A program made the position numbers and the translations under genes. A stretch of DNA of 64,000 bases from Myxococcales bacterium. GTDB taxonomy: Bacteria; Myxococcota_A; Polyangia; Polyangiales; DASUME01. Positions 50,468-58,903 of this stretch are shown piece after piece. The notes under the pieces are model-generated. The model ran no database searches. It was not told the origin of the DNA and saw nothing but the letters and a program-made list of their open reading frames with translations. The stretch covers positions 2,528,001 to 2,592,000 of the forward strand of contig JASGJH010000001.1 of the NCBI GenBank assembly GCA_047601445.1, written 5' to 3'. Position 1 is the first letter of the stretch, and the number at the start of each line of letters is the position of its first letter.

Positions 50468-51352
50468 ATGCGCGTCTCTCTGCTCGCCTTGGCGCTGACT
50501 GCCTGCGGCCCCGTTCTCCTGGGCCAGGAGTCCGCTCAGGACGGAGGAGGCCAGGGCCCCGACTCACCGCAGGTCTCGCTGACAGTGGCGAGCGTGGGCT
50601 GTCACGGCTGCTTCGAGCTGCATGCCGCAGGCGTGGGGGGAGGCGAGCCCTACACCTTCGAGTGGGACGACGGCTCGGATGCCGAGGTGCGCCAGGTGTG
50701 CCCCGGCGACGGGTCCAACACGGTGAGCGTCGTCGCCATCGACGCGCACCACCGACGCTCGGCCGCGGCCATCGCCGAGCTCGAGTTCGGCGACGCCAGC
50801 TGCCCACCGCCCCCACAGCTGCTCTGCATTCAGAATCCGTCGTTCGAAGGCAAGCCTGCGTTCAACGACACCAATGCTGCGAACTTCGACGGGGCTCCCT
50901 GGAACAACTGCCCTCAGCCTTCCCTCAACACACCCGACATCGTAAACGAGACGATCCAGCAGCCCATCGCCACGCTGCCGACCGCCACCGACGGCCTCAC
51001 GTACATCGGCATCCAGGAGGGCGAGCAGGTCTCGCAGACCTTGTGCGAACCGCTCGCTGGCGGCGAGGAGCTCTACCTGAAGCTCGACGCGCGTCGTCTG
51101 TACATCGGTGCCATGCCCGACACGGAGCTGCCTTGGTTGGAGATCTGGGGTGGCCTCGCCGCGAGCTGTGATCAACAAAAGCTACTCTGGGCCTCCGAAA
51201 AACTGCCGCTCAACTGGCAAACCTACTGCGCGAAGCTGAAGCCACAGCAGTACATGGATCAGATCACGCTGCGCACCAACACGGACGAATCCCTGCCCTC
51301 CGTGACCTACCTGCTGGTCGACAATCTCGTTCCCGTCGAACACTGTCCATGA
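50468..51352 (+). CDS. Uncharacterised lipoprotein
   Basis: MRVSLLALALTAC lipobox; PKD/SprB-like GGEPYTFEWDDG; NPSFEG jelly-roll-like C-terminal domain. Confidence 0.72.
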   Translation: MRVSLLALALTACGPVLLGQESAQDGGGQGPDSPQVSLTVASVGCHGCFELHAAGVGGGEPYTFEWDDGSDAEVRQVCPGDGSNTVSVVAIDAHHRRSAAAIAELEFGDASCPPPPQLLCIQNPSFEGKPAFNDTNAANFDGAPWNNCPQPSLNTPDIVNETIQQPIATLPTATDGLTYIGIQEGEQVSQTLCEPLAGGEELYLKLDARRLYIGAMPDTELPWLEIWGGLAASCDQQKLLWASEKLPLNWQTYCAKLKPQQYMDQITLRTNTDESLPSVTYLLVDNLVPVEHCP

Positions 51353-51526
51353 GCGCGGCGTCGGCGCGCCACACCTCGCGCACACGGCACGTTCACCTCG
51401 GTCACGGCGAGCACACGTACGCCGCGTAAGTGACGCTGTCTTCGCCGACAAGTTGCGCCCGCGTCGCCCGCCTTCCACGCGCTCCCACTAGGAAGCTCCG
51501 AGGACTAGGCTCAAGGGAGGTTTTGC

Positions 51527-53296
51527 ATGCGTAGGTTCGCGTCGGCATTGTTGCTGGGCGCCGCGGTGGTTTCCGCTGGCTCCGCCCACGCCCACGAGGG
51601 TGATGCCTGTGGTCAGGGCGATCGCTTCGAAGAGTTCTCGGGGCCGCTGCGCGAACTCGCCAAGCGCCGCATCGAGTGGGTGTCGTCACTGCTGAAGAAG
51701 GAGCATCCCACTGCCCGCGTGCAGCTGCTGGGCTTCAACGACTTCCACGGACAGCTAACCGACGGGCGTCGCGTGTCGAACCGCCCGGTCGGCGGCGCCG
51801 CCGTACTCGCGTCTTACCTGCGTGACGAGCAAGCGCGCTTCAACGGCGAAACGTTGATCATTCACGCCGGTGACCACGTGGGCGCCTCACCGCCCGAGTC
51901 CGCGCTGCTTCAGGACGAGCCCTCCATCTCGTTCTTGAACATGCTCGGCAACCGCCACTGCACGCGTACGGTGCAGTTCCACCCGCTGTGCAATCTGGTC
52001 GGCACCTTGGGCAACCACGAGTTCGACGAAGGCGTGGCCGAGCTCAAGCGCCTGATCTTCGGTGGCAACCATGCGAATGGACCGTTCCTCGAGCCGCGCT
52101 GGACGGGCGCCAAGTTCCCCTATGTCTCCTCCAACGTGATCGACGACGACACGGGTGACACGCTGCTGCGTCCCTTCGTGATCAAGGAGGCCAACGGCGT
52201 CCTGGTGGGTGTGATCGGTGCCGTGCTCGAAGGCACCCCCAGCATCGTCACCCCGGAAGGGGTGGAGGGCGTGAGCTTCGTGGACGAAGCCGACGCCATC
52301 AACGCGCAGGTCCGGAAGCTCAAGCTGCTCGGCGTGGAGACTATCGTGGTCACCATCCATCAGGGCGGCTTCCAGGCCAGCTACGCGGGCCCCACCCATG
52401 GCGACGCGACCGGCCCAACCGGTGAGATCGCCGAAATCGTGAAGCGCCTCGACAGCGCCGTGGACGTGGTGATCTCGGGCCACTCGCACACCTTCACCAA
52501 CGCCCTGATGCCCAACGCCTCAGGCCATCCCATCCTCGTGACCCAGGCCTTTTCGTCGAGCACGGCCTACGCCGAGATCGAGCTCACCGTCGACCGCGTC
52601 ACCCGCGACGTGGTGACCAAGTCCGCCAGCGTGGTGACCACCTACGCCGACGTGGCTCCAGGCAACGCTCCCTCGACGGACGTGGCGGCGCTCGTTCAGC
52701 AGGCCAAGGACCGCACCGCGCCCCTCGTCAACCGGGTGGTGGGTCAAGCCTCAGTAGCCATCACACGCACGCAGAGCCCGGCCGGTGAGTCCGCGCTCGG
52801 CAACTTGATCGCCGACTCGCAGCGCGCCGAAGCGGGCGCCGATATCGCGCTGATGAATCCCGGCGGCATCCGCGCGGACCTCGATGCAGGCCCCATCACC
52901 TGGGGCGAGCTGTTCACCATCCAGCCCTTTGGCAACACCCTGGTCAGCATGGACCTCACGGGCGCCCAGGTGCTGCGCGTACTCGAGCAGCAGTGGACGG
53001 CGACCAGCACCCGCTTCTTGCAAATCTCCGGGCTGAGCTACGTGTGGAATCCCAGCAAGCCCATCGGCAGTCGCGTGGTCTCCGCGCAGGTCGGCGGTGC
53101 GGCCATCGACCCGACGCGCACCTATCGCGTGGTCGCGAACAACTTTATCGCCGGTGGCGGCGATGGTTTCACCGTGCTTACCGAGGGAACCAACGTGATT
53201 GGCGGCGCCGTGGATCTCGACGCGCTGATCGCCTACGTAGAAGGCCTGGGGGCTCCGGTCGGGACGGTAATCGAAGGTCGCATCACCCAACCGTGA
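51527..53296 (+). CDS. Bifunctional metallophosphatase/5'-nucleotidase
   Basis: NDFHG, AGD, GNHEFD, GHSH, ESALGNLIAD, NPGGIRAD and QPFGN motifs; GGGAGG RBS. Confidence 0.95.
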   Translation: MRRFASALLLGAAVVSAGSAHAHEGDACGQGDRFEEFSGPLRELAKRRIEWVSSLLKKEHPTARVQLLGFNDFHGQLTDGRRVSNRPVGGAAVLASYLRDEQARFNGETLIIHAGDHVGASPPESALLQDEPSISFLNMLGNRHCTRTVQFHPLCNLVGTLGNHEFDEGVAELKRLIFGGNHANGPFLEPRWTGAKFPYVSSNVIDDDTGDTLLRPFVIKEANGVLVGVIGAVLEGTPSIVTPEGVEGVSFVDEADAINAQVRKLKLLGVETIVVTIHQGGFQASYAGPTHGDATGPTGEIAEIVKRLDSAVDVVISGHSHTFTNALMPNASGHPILVTQAFSSSTAYAEIELTVDRVTRDVVTKSASVVTTYADVAPGNAPSTDVAALVQQAKDRTAPLVNRVVGQASVAITRTQSPAGESALGNLIADSQRAEAGADIALMNPGGIRADLDAGPITWGELFTIQPFGNTLVSMDLTGAQVLRVLEQQWTATSTRFLQISGLSYVWNPSKPIGSRVVSAQVGGAAIDPTRTYRVVANNFIAGGGDGFTVLTEGTNVIGGAVDLDALIAYVEGLGAPVGTVIEGRITQP

Positions 53297-53358
53297 TGCC
53301 CGACGCTCCGGCCGCGGACCTAAATGCGACGGACCGGCCGGGCCGACGGCGGCTTCGC

Positions 53359-53874
53359 TCAGTGCAGAGATTCGCCGTAGTAGTAGCCGGACACGCGTGA
53401 CAGTCCCGGACGCGGGAGCTCGCGCAGCGCCAGGGCATCGAGCTCGTTGCGCAGCTTGCGCACCAGGTGATCGAGCTTGCCGAGCCAGGTAGCCAGGCGG
53501 TGCTCCGCATCGCTGCGTCGCTGCTGGCTCGTGCGCTCCACGCACAGACGGGTGAGCTCCCGCTGCAGATGCTTGAGCTCGTCGCCGATTTGCTCGTGTG
53601 CCAGCGGAGGCAAGCCAGCTTGGGCGTGAGCGTGCTCCTCGAAGCGGAGGTCGGAGAGCGCAGGAACTGCTTCACGGAGGCGGCCATCTTCCACGGCCTG
53701 TTGAGCACGAATCTCCGCAAACAAGATGCGCGCGGACACGTGGGCCTGATGGGCCAGCGCCGCGGCTACACTCGACGGCCCGTAGGCAGCTTCGACCAAG
53801 CGTGCGACTTCAGCGAGCGACAACACAGCTCTTCCGGAAATCAAAGCAAGCCTTTCCATCTGCTCTTTCCCCAT
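53359..53874 (-). CDS. Hypothetical helical protein
   Basis: ATG 53874 follows GGAGGA; no recognisable motif. Confidence 0.55.
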   Translation of the reverse strand: MGKEQMERLALISGRAVLSLAEVARLVEAAYGPSSVAAALAHQAHVSARILFAEIRAQQAVEDGRLREAVPALSDLRFEEHAHAQAGLPPLAHEQIGDELKHLQRELTRLCVERTSQQRRSDAEHRLATWLGKLDHLVRKLRNELDALALRELPRPGLSRVSGYYYGESLH

Positions 53875-54064
53875 GGGTCCTCCAAGCGCTGGAAGCCCTA
53901 GGACGCTAGCACCAAAACGGCGCGCTTGCGCCCCACAACAGCAACAAAAGACAACCCGAAGACGCACTGTGGCATGCGTGATAAGTTCGCTCAGGCACAA
54001 CGTTTTCCGGAACGTGCGCGGAGCGTTGACGAAAACGCACTTGGGCTGTGCACAAAATGCGGCG

Positions 54065-54991
54065 ATGCCGACGCGACCACTGTTAGCACTTCCGAGTTTC
54101 GATGCCCACGGGATCCAGACCCGCGCCCCTTCCCTCCCGCGCTTTCTACCGCTCGTCGGATGGGCCGTAGCAGCGCTCCTGTGTTGGGACGCCTCGCCAG
54201 CCCGGGCCTACTGCCGCACGCTGTCCTGCGACCCCAAGAAAGAAGCCTGCCCGCGCGATGCTCACGGCTGCATGACCGTGGGCCAGCCCCTGTATTGGCC
54301 GGGCGGCGCGACGGAAATCTGGGTGGATCCGGAGGGCAGCGCGCTGCGCGGGATCACCGAACCCGAAGCGCAGGAAGCCCTGGCCCGCGCGATTGAGCAC
54401 TGGAGCAGTGTCGTCTGTCCGGATGGTCAGCCCCTCGACCTCGAGCTGGTCCTCAAGGGAAGCTCGGCCACCTTCCAGGGACAACCAGATGAACTAAACG
54501 TGCTGCGATTCCTCGATGACACCTGGCCCTATCCGGTCGCATCGGCCGCTCAGACGTCGGTAGGTTTCGACCTTGAAACAGGGGCCCTCTCCCGCGCCCG
54601 TGTCGAGGTGAACTCTGCTCTCCATGACATCACCCTGACCGCCCAGTCCGCCTCGGACGTAGACCTCGAAGGGACCCTGACCCACGAGCTTGGTCATTTC
54701 CTCGGGCTGGATCACAGCGACGTGCCGGGCGCCACGATGCAGGCGGAGGCCAGCGGCATGCAAACGCTGGAGCTGCGGACGCTCGAAGCCGACGATGTGG
54801 CGGGGATCTGCGAGATCTACGGACAGGGGCAGCTGCCTGAGCTTGAAGATGACGCCCCCAAGACGTCCTCCGATGCGTCGACGTGCAGCGCCTCGCCGGC
54901 CGCTACCGATGCGCCGCTGACCTCGTCGTGGCTAGTGGCGCTGAGTGGTGTCGTGTTGCTTGGTCGTCGCCGTAGTCAACGGCGCATCTGA
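54065..54991 (+). CDS. Matrixin-family metalloprotease with MYXO-CTERM-like tail
   Basis: HELGHFLGLDH, Met-turn ATM, DDVAGICEIY; C-terminal CSA...hydrophobic stretch...RRR. Confidence 0.88.
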   Translation: MPTRPLLALPSFDAHGIQTRAPSLPRFLPLVGWAVAALLCWDASPARAYCRTLSCDPKKEACPRDAHGCMTVGQPLYWPGGATEIWVDPEGSALRGITEPEAQEALARAIEHWSSVVCPDGQPLDLELVLKGSSATFQGQPDELNVLRFLDDTWPYPVASAAQTSVGFDLETGALSRARVEVNSALHDITLTAQSASDVDLEGTLTHELGHFLGLDHSDVPGATMQAEASGMQTLELRTLEADDVAGICEIYGQGQLPELEDDAPKTSSDASTCSASPAATDAPLTSSWLVALSGVVLLGRRRSQRRI

Positions 54992-55049
54992 GGCCGTAGT
55001 CAACGGCGCATCTGAGGCCGTAGTCAACGGCGCATCTGAGGCCGTGGTC
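54969..55049 (+). repeat. Three exact tandem copies of a 24-bp unit plus a partial fourth
   Basis: GCCGTAGTCAACGGCGCATCTGAG at 54969, 54993 and 55017; partial GCCGTGGTC at 55041. Confidence 0.92.
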
Positions 55050-55069
55050 CTCTGCGCTTCGAAAGTCGT

Positions 55070-55552
55070 CTAGGGGGCGTCGAGGCAAGTCACGTTGAGC
55101 TCGGCTACGGACACGCAATCGGGCGTGTCCGAGACCGTGAGCTTGAGGACCTTCTCGCCGGCCACGTCGCAGCGATAGGAAGTGTCGGACGCGTCCGGGT
55201 GCGAGAACACACCGTCGGGCGCCTGCCAGCTGTAGGTGACAGGGTCTCCCTCTTCGTCCTCGGCAAACGAGGAGATGGAGATCTCCGAGCCGACCACCAC
55301 GCTAAGCGGTGAGAAAACGTAGCCGCCAACCTTGGCGCACTGGTTGAAGAGCCCGTCGATGAGCAAGCTGCCGCAGGTCGCAGCGTCGCCCGCATCGACG
55401 CACTCGCCTGCGTCCACGCCCGCGTCGTGAGGAGGACCTGCATCGGGCCCCGCGTCGAGCACGCCGCCTTCGTTTTCGATGCCGTCTTGTCCTTCACCGT
55501 GACAAGCGGCAACGACGGAGAGCGAGAGCCACGCAAGAACTCGGCGACGCAT
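55070..55552 (-). CDS. Small PKD/Ig-like lipoprotein
   Basis: Lipobox VAAC; DEEGDPVTYSW...LKLTVSD. Confidence 0.72.
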   Translation of the reverse strand: MRRRVLAWLSLSVVAACHGEGQDGIENEGGVLDAGPDAGPPHDAGVDAGECVDAGDAATCGSLLIDGLFNQCAKVGGYVFSPLSVVVGSEISISSFAEDEEGDPVTYSWQAPDGVFSHPDASDTSYRCDVAGEKVLKLTVSDTPDCVSVAELNVTCLDAP

Positions 55553-55624
55553 GGGGCGCTTCTCGCACACGAAGGCTACAGATTCATGGTTTGTTCGTAA
55601 CAATCGAGCGACCGTCGCGGGGCG

Positions 55625-57022
55625 TCACTGGAAGCCGATCAGACCCGACTGCAGACCGAGCGCCTTTGCCACTCGGCCGTTGAGCACGTTCAGGTGCCCA
55701 ACCAGAGCATTTCCGGCATCTTCGAAGGCCTGCGGCGCGCACTCCAGGAGCCGACGCCGGGTCTCCGTGCTGATGTCGTCACGCCCCTCGAGCAGCGCCA
55801 GCATGCCCTCTTCGGCGCCGCCGGCCGACGTGGCCAGATCGGCTCCCGCCTGGGCGAGCACCGTGGCCTGCTCGACCAACGTGAGGATCGTCGGCACGCG
55901 CCGCTCGAGCGCCGCCACCATGAACTGGACGCGTTGCTGGGTGCCCGCATCGAGCAGCTTGTTCGGGAGTGCCTTCGCTTCGACCACGGCAGACACGCAC
56001 TCGGCGCGCAGGAGCATGTCCACCTTGGCCCAGGAGGCGCAACCGTAGCTAGCCTCACAGGCGAGCAGCGAGTCCGGAAAAGCAAAGTCCCCGTCACAGC
56101 CGCCGCTGCAGCCGGCCGCAGCGCTGCCGTCCTCCTCACAGCTCGCGACTGCGGCGTTCGCGCAGTCGAGCGTGCTGCCTTCCAGGCTGCATTCCCCGCT
56201 GCACGTTCCGTCACAATCGACGCCCACCAGCGAATGGGCACGACAGGTTCCTTCGCAGCTGCCGCGGCAGGCGCCGATGCACTCCCCGAGCTCGCGCGTG
56301 CCATTGAGGTCCGCGTCACCGAACTGACTGCAGGAACCCTGGCAAATCCCCCAGCACTCGCCAGGGCAGTCCTGCACTGCGTCCGCGCTGAAGGTGCAGG
56401 TCCCGACGCAGGTCCCCGTGCACGCGAGGTTCGAGCCGCTGAAGGTGCAGTGGGCGTCCGCCGACTCTCCACATGAAAGCTGATTTCGAGGCGAGGTCTC
56501 GCAGCGCCCCAGGCACTCGAAGTTCTCCTCCGCCGCGGTCGTCGCGACGCCGCAACCCACGTCGTTCTGGCAGCGCATCGCGCTTGCGAAGGCTTCACGC
56601 GGCTGGCCCTGGCAGGCAGCTCGCTTGGCTCGAAGCACGAGTTCGACGCCAATCTGCTCCTGGAAGAGCTCGCGCACCCTGACGCCAAGGCTGTTCTGTC
56701 CATTGATCGTCCCCGCGTCGTCGCCGGCGGGCGCCTCCATATCGATTCCGAGCTCCTGCGTCAGCGCCGCGAGCTCCATCTCCAGTGTGGCCCCGAGCAG
56801 ATCGCCCTTGTCCATCAAAGCCTGGCTCGTGCTGAGAAAGGCGTCGGCGGCGTCGACCCCCGTGACGGCACGGTTGCCGTCGTTGAAGGACGGACCGCAG
56901 TCGAACGCGGTGTCGCCCCCGCTCGCGAGCTCCTCGAACAGGCAGCCCACGGAGGTCACGCCGATGAAGGCGCCGAGCGAAGTCCAGAACAGCGCGCGAC
57001 GGGGAGTAGTGCGAAGCCTCAT
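55625..57022 (-). CDS. Cys-rich lipoprotein with CxGxC repeats
   Basis: Lipobox SVGC; many CxGxCxGxC units between helical N- and C-terminal domains. Confidence 0.75.
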   Translation of the reverse strand: MRLRTTPRRALFWTSLGAFIGVTSVGCLFEELASGGDTAFDCGPSFNDGNRAVTGVDAADAFLSTSQALMDKGDLLGATLEMELAALTQELGIDMEAPAGDDAGTINGQNSLGVRVRELFQEQIGVELVLRAKRAACQGQPREAFASAMRCQNDVGCGVATTAAEENFECLGRCETSPRNQLSCGESADAHCTFSGSNLACTGTCVGTCTFSADAVQDCPGECWGICQGSCSQFGDADLNGTRELGECIGACRGSCEGTCRAHSLVGVDCDGTCSGECSLEGSTLDCANAAVASCEEDGSAAAGCSGGCDGDFAFPDSLLACEASYGCASWAKVDMLLRAECVSAVVEAKALPNKLLDAGTQQRVQFMVAALERRVPTILTLVEQATVLAQAGADLATSAGGAEEGMLALLEGRDDISTETRRRLLECAPQAFEDAGNALVGHLNVLNGRVAKALGLQSGLIGFQ

Positions 57023-57216
57023 ACGACTCGCGCCCTCTTAGAGCGCGCACTGATCTATCAGTCGTGCCGCGCGGTGTTGTGACAAACGCGCAACGTTCCT
57101 ACTCGTCAGTGACACGTGCGATTGCAACGAGCCTGACACCAGAATCTCACGAGAACTGCACGCTCCTCCCGAGTACCCCGGCTAAGGTACGCCGCTCGCA
57201 CGGAGGAAGTCCCCCA

Positions 57217-57993
57217 ATGTCCGACACGCGCACCCCGTCTGTTCGCCCGGCCTGGATCGCCGTGGCCCTGCTGGCCTTTGCCCTTTGCTTCGGGGTCGGA
57301 CACTACCTCGGCGGGCCTGCGAGCGACCCCATGCCGCTCAGCGACGGCCGCGTGTACAAGGTGCCGCTGTCCATCGCGCAGCCGCAGCGTGGCAACGCCG
57401 AGCCCCTGGTGGTCATCGTCGAATGGTGCGACCTACAGGGCACGTCGTGCAAAAGCTCCGACGCGATCACCACGGCGTTGCTGAAGCAATACCCGAACGA
57501 GCTACGCCACAGCTTCCGCCACCTGCAGCAGACGGACTCCGCTGACTCGGCGGAGCTGCACGAGTTCGCCCGCGTGGCCTTCGAGCAGAACGGCAAGTTC
57601 TGGGAAGTGCGTGAGAAAATCCTGGCGCGCCCGGCGAAGCCCGTGACCCGCGACGAGCTCGAGCAGATCGCCAAGAGCGTCGGCATCGACTGGAAGGGCA
57701 TGCAGGAGGCACTGAGCTCCGATCGCTTGGTTCCCTACGTGTTTGCCGACGGGATGTTCGCCCAGCGTTTTGGTGTGACTGCGGGCCCGACGTTTTACGT
57801 CAACGGCCGCCGCTTGGCAGAGCCGGTGACGGCCGAGCGCCTCGACGCGCTGGTCGAGCAGGAGATGGCGCACGCCAAGCAGGTGCTGGCGAAGACCAAG
57901 GTCGAGAAGGCTCTCCTTTACCAGGAGCTCACCAAGGACGGCTTGTTCCAGCCTCCGCTGCCTGTGGTCGCGCAGACCCAGACGACTCACTGA
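57217..57993 (+). CDS. DsbA/thioredoxin-fold membrane-anchored protein lacking canonical CXXC
   Basis: N-terminal TM; IVEWCDLQGTSCK; GKFWE; FGVTAGPTFYVNG; GGAGG RBS. Confidence 0.8.
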   Translation: MSDTRTPSVRPAWIAVALLAFALCFGVGHYLGGPASDPMPLSDGRVYKVPLSIAQPQRGNAEPLVVIVEWCDLQGTSCKSSDAITTALLKQYPNELRHSFRHLQQTDSADSAELHEFARVAFEQNGKFWEVREKILARPAKPVTRDELEQIAKSVGIDWKGMQEALSSDRLVPYVFADGMFAQRFGVTAGPTFYVNGRRLAEPVTAERLDALVEQEMAHAKQVLAKTKVEKALLYQELTKDGLFQPPLPVVAQTQTTH

Positions 57994-58035
57994 AAACCGG
58001 CGCGCGTGGTTCGACGAGTGCCGAAGAGGACACAG

Positions 58036-58899
58036 ATGGCTGGGCTGAGGAAACTGTTTACGGTGGTGATGCTCGCCCTTCCGGTCGGACTGGGCCTCGG
58101 ATGCGGCGACGATCTCGGTGAGTGCGACGACAAGGCCGCCAACGAGCTCGTGTACAGCAACACCTGGCACGTGGCCACCAAGGGCCAGGCCTTGATGAAC
58201 GACTCCTGTGGAAACGGGTCCTTCTGTCACTCGGTGGGCGCCACTGGAGATGCGCGCGGCGGAGTAGCGAAGGACCTCAACTTCGACATGCTGCCGCAAC
58301 CGTCGGGCTGGCCCAAGGTCATGGACCATCGCGACGGGATCTGGAAGTCCATCGCCAATGGCACCATGCCGCCCGGAAAAGGCGGCGCCGCCAAGCTCAG
58401 CGACGGGGAGTGGAGCTTCGACCCCTGGCGTCGCGCAGGATCGCCGATGTTGCCCAAGATGCACACCAAGGCTGGTCAGGCCGCATTTCGCAACTGGCTC
58501 GCCTGCGGCGCACCGGTGGTCACGCAAACCGAAGTCCCGCTGTGGGCGCGCCCGACCGGGCAGACCAACTTGGGTGACTGGAGCGGGATCTACACGACCA
58601 TCGTGCAGGGACGCTGCGCCAACGGTGGCTGCCACGATCGCATCACCCACGAGGGCGACCTCGATCTCTCCGACGAGTGCAAGGGCTACAAGGCACTGGC
58701 GGGCACGAGCGGCCAGTGCGGCGTGCCGCGCCTGGTGCCGGGAGACGTCAATTCGAGCGTGATGCAGCAGCTGGAGCGTCGTTCCACCTGCGGTGACCCC
58801 ATGCCTCCGGAACCGGCGGCACCCCTCACGGATCCCGAGCTCGACGTGGTCCGCAAGTGGATCCAAAACGGCGCGCCCGCCATGAACTGCGGGGGTTGA
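58036..58899 (+). CDS. Putative di-heme c-type cytochrome lipoprotein with extended heme motifs
   Basis: Lipobox GLGC; CGNGSFCH...GTMPP...WLACGAP and CANGGCH...DPMPP...WIQNGAP. Confidence 0.7.
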   Translation: MAGLRKLFTVVMLALPVGLGLGCGDDLGECDDKAANELVYSNTWHVATKGQALMNDSCGNGSFCHSVGATGDARGGVAKDLNFDMLPQPSGWPKVMDHRDGIWKSIANGTMPPGKGGAAKLSDGEWSFDPWRRAGSPMLPKMHTKAGQAAFRNWLACGAPVVTQTEVPLWARPTGQTNLGDWSGIYTTIVQGRCANGGCHDRITHEGDLDLSDECKGYKALAGTSGQCGVPRLVPGDVNSSVMQQLERRSTCGDPMPPEPAAPLTDPELDVVRKWIQNGAPAMNCGG

Positions 58900-58903
58900 G
58901 TCC

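Noticed and set aside
48344..51352. 1002-aa ORF
   Set aside because: The first ~700 codons are antisense to the VWA gene; the real gene starts at ATG 50468 with a lipobox.
54969..55049. Possible mini CRISPR array
   Set aside because: Repeats are directly adjacent with no spacers, and there are no cas genes.
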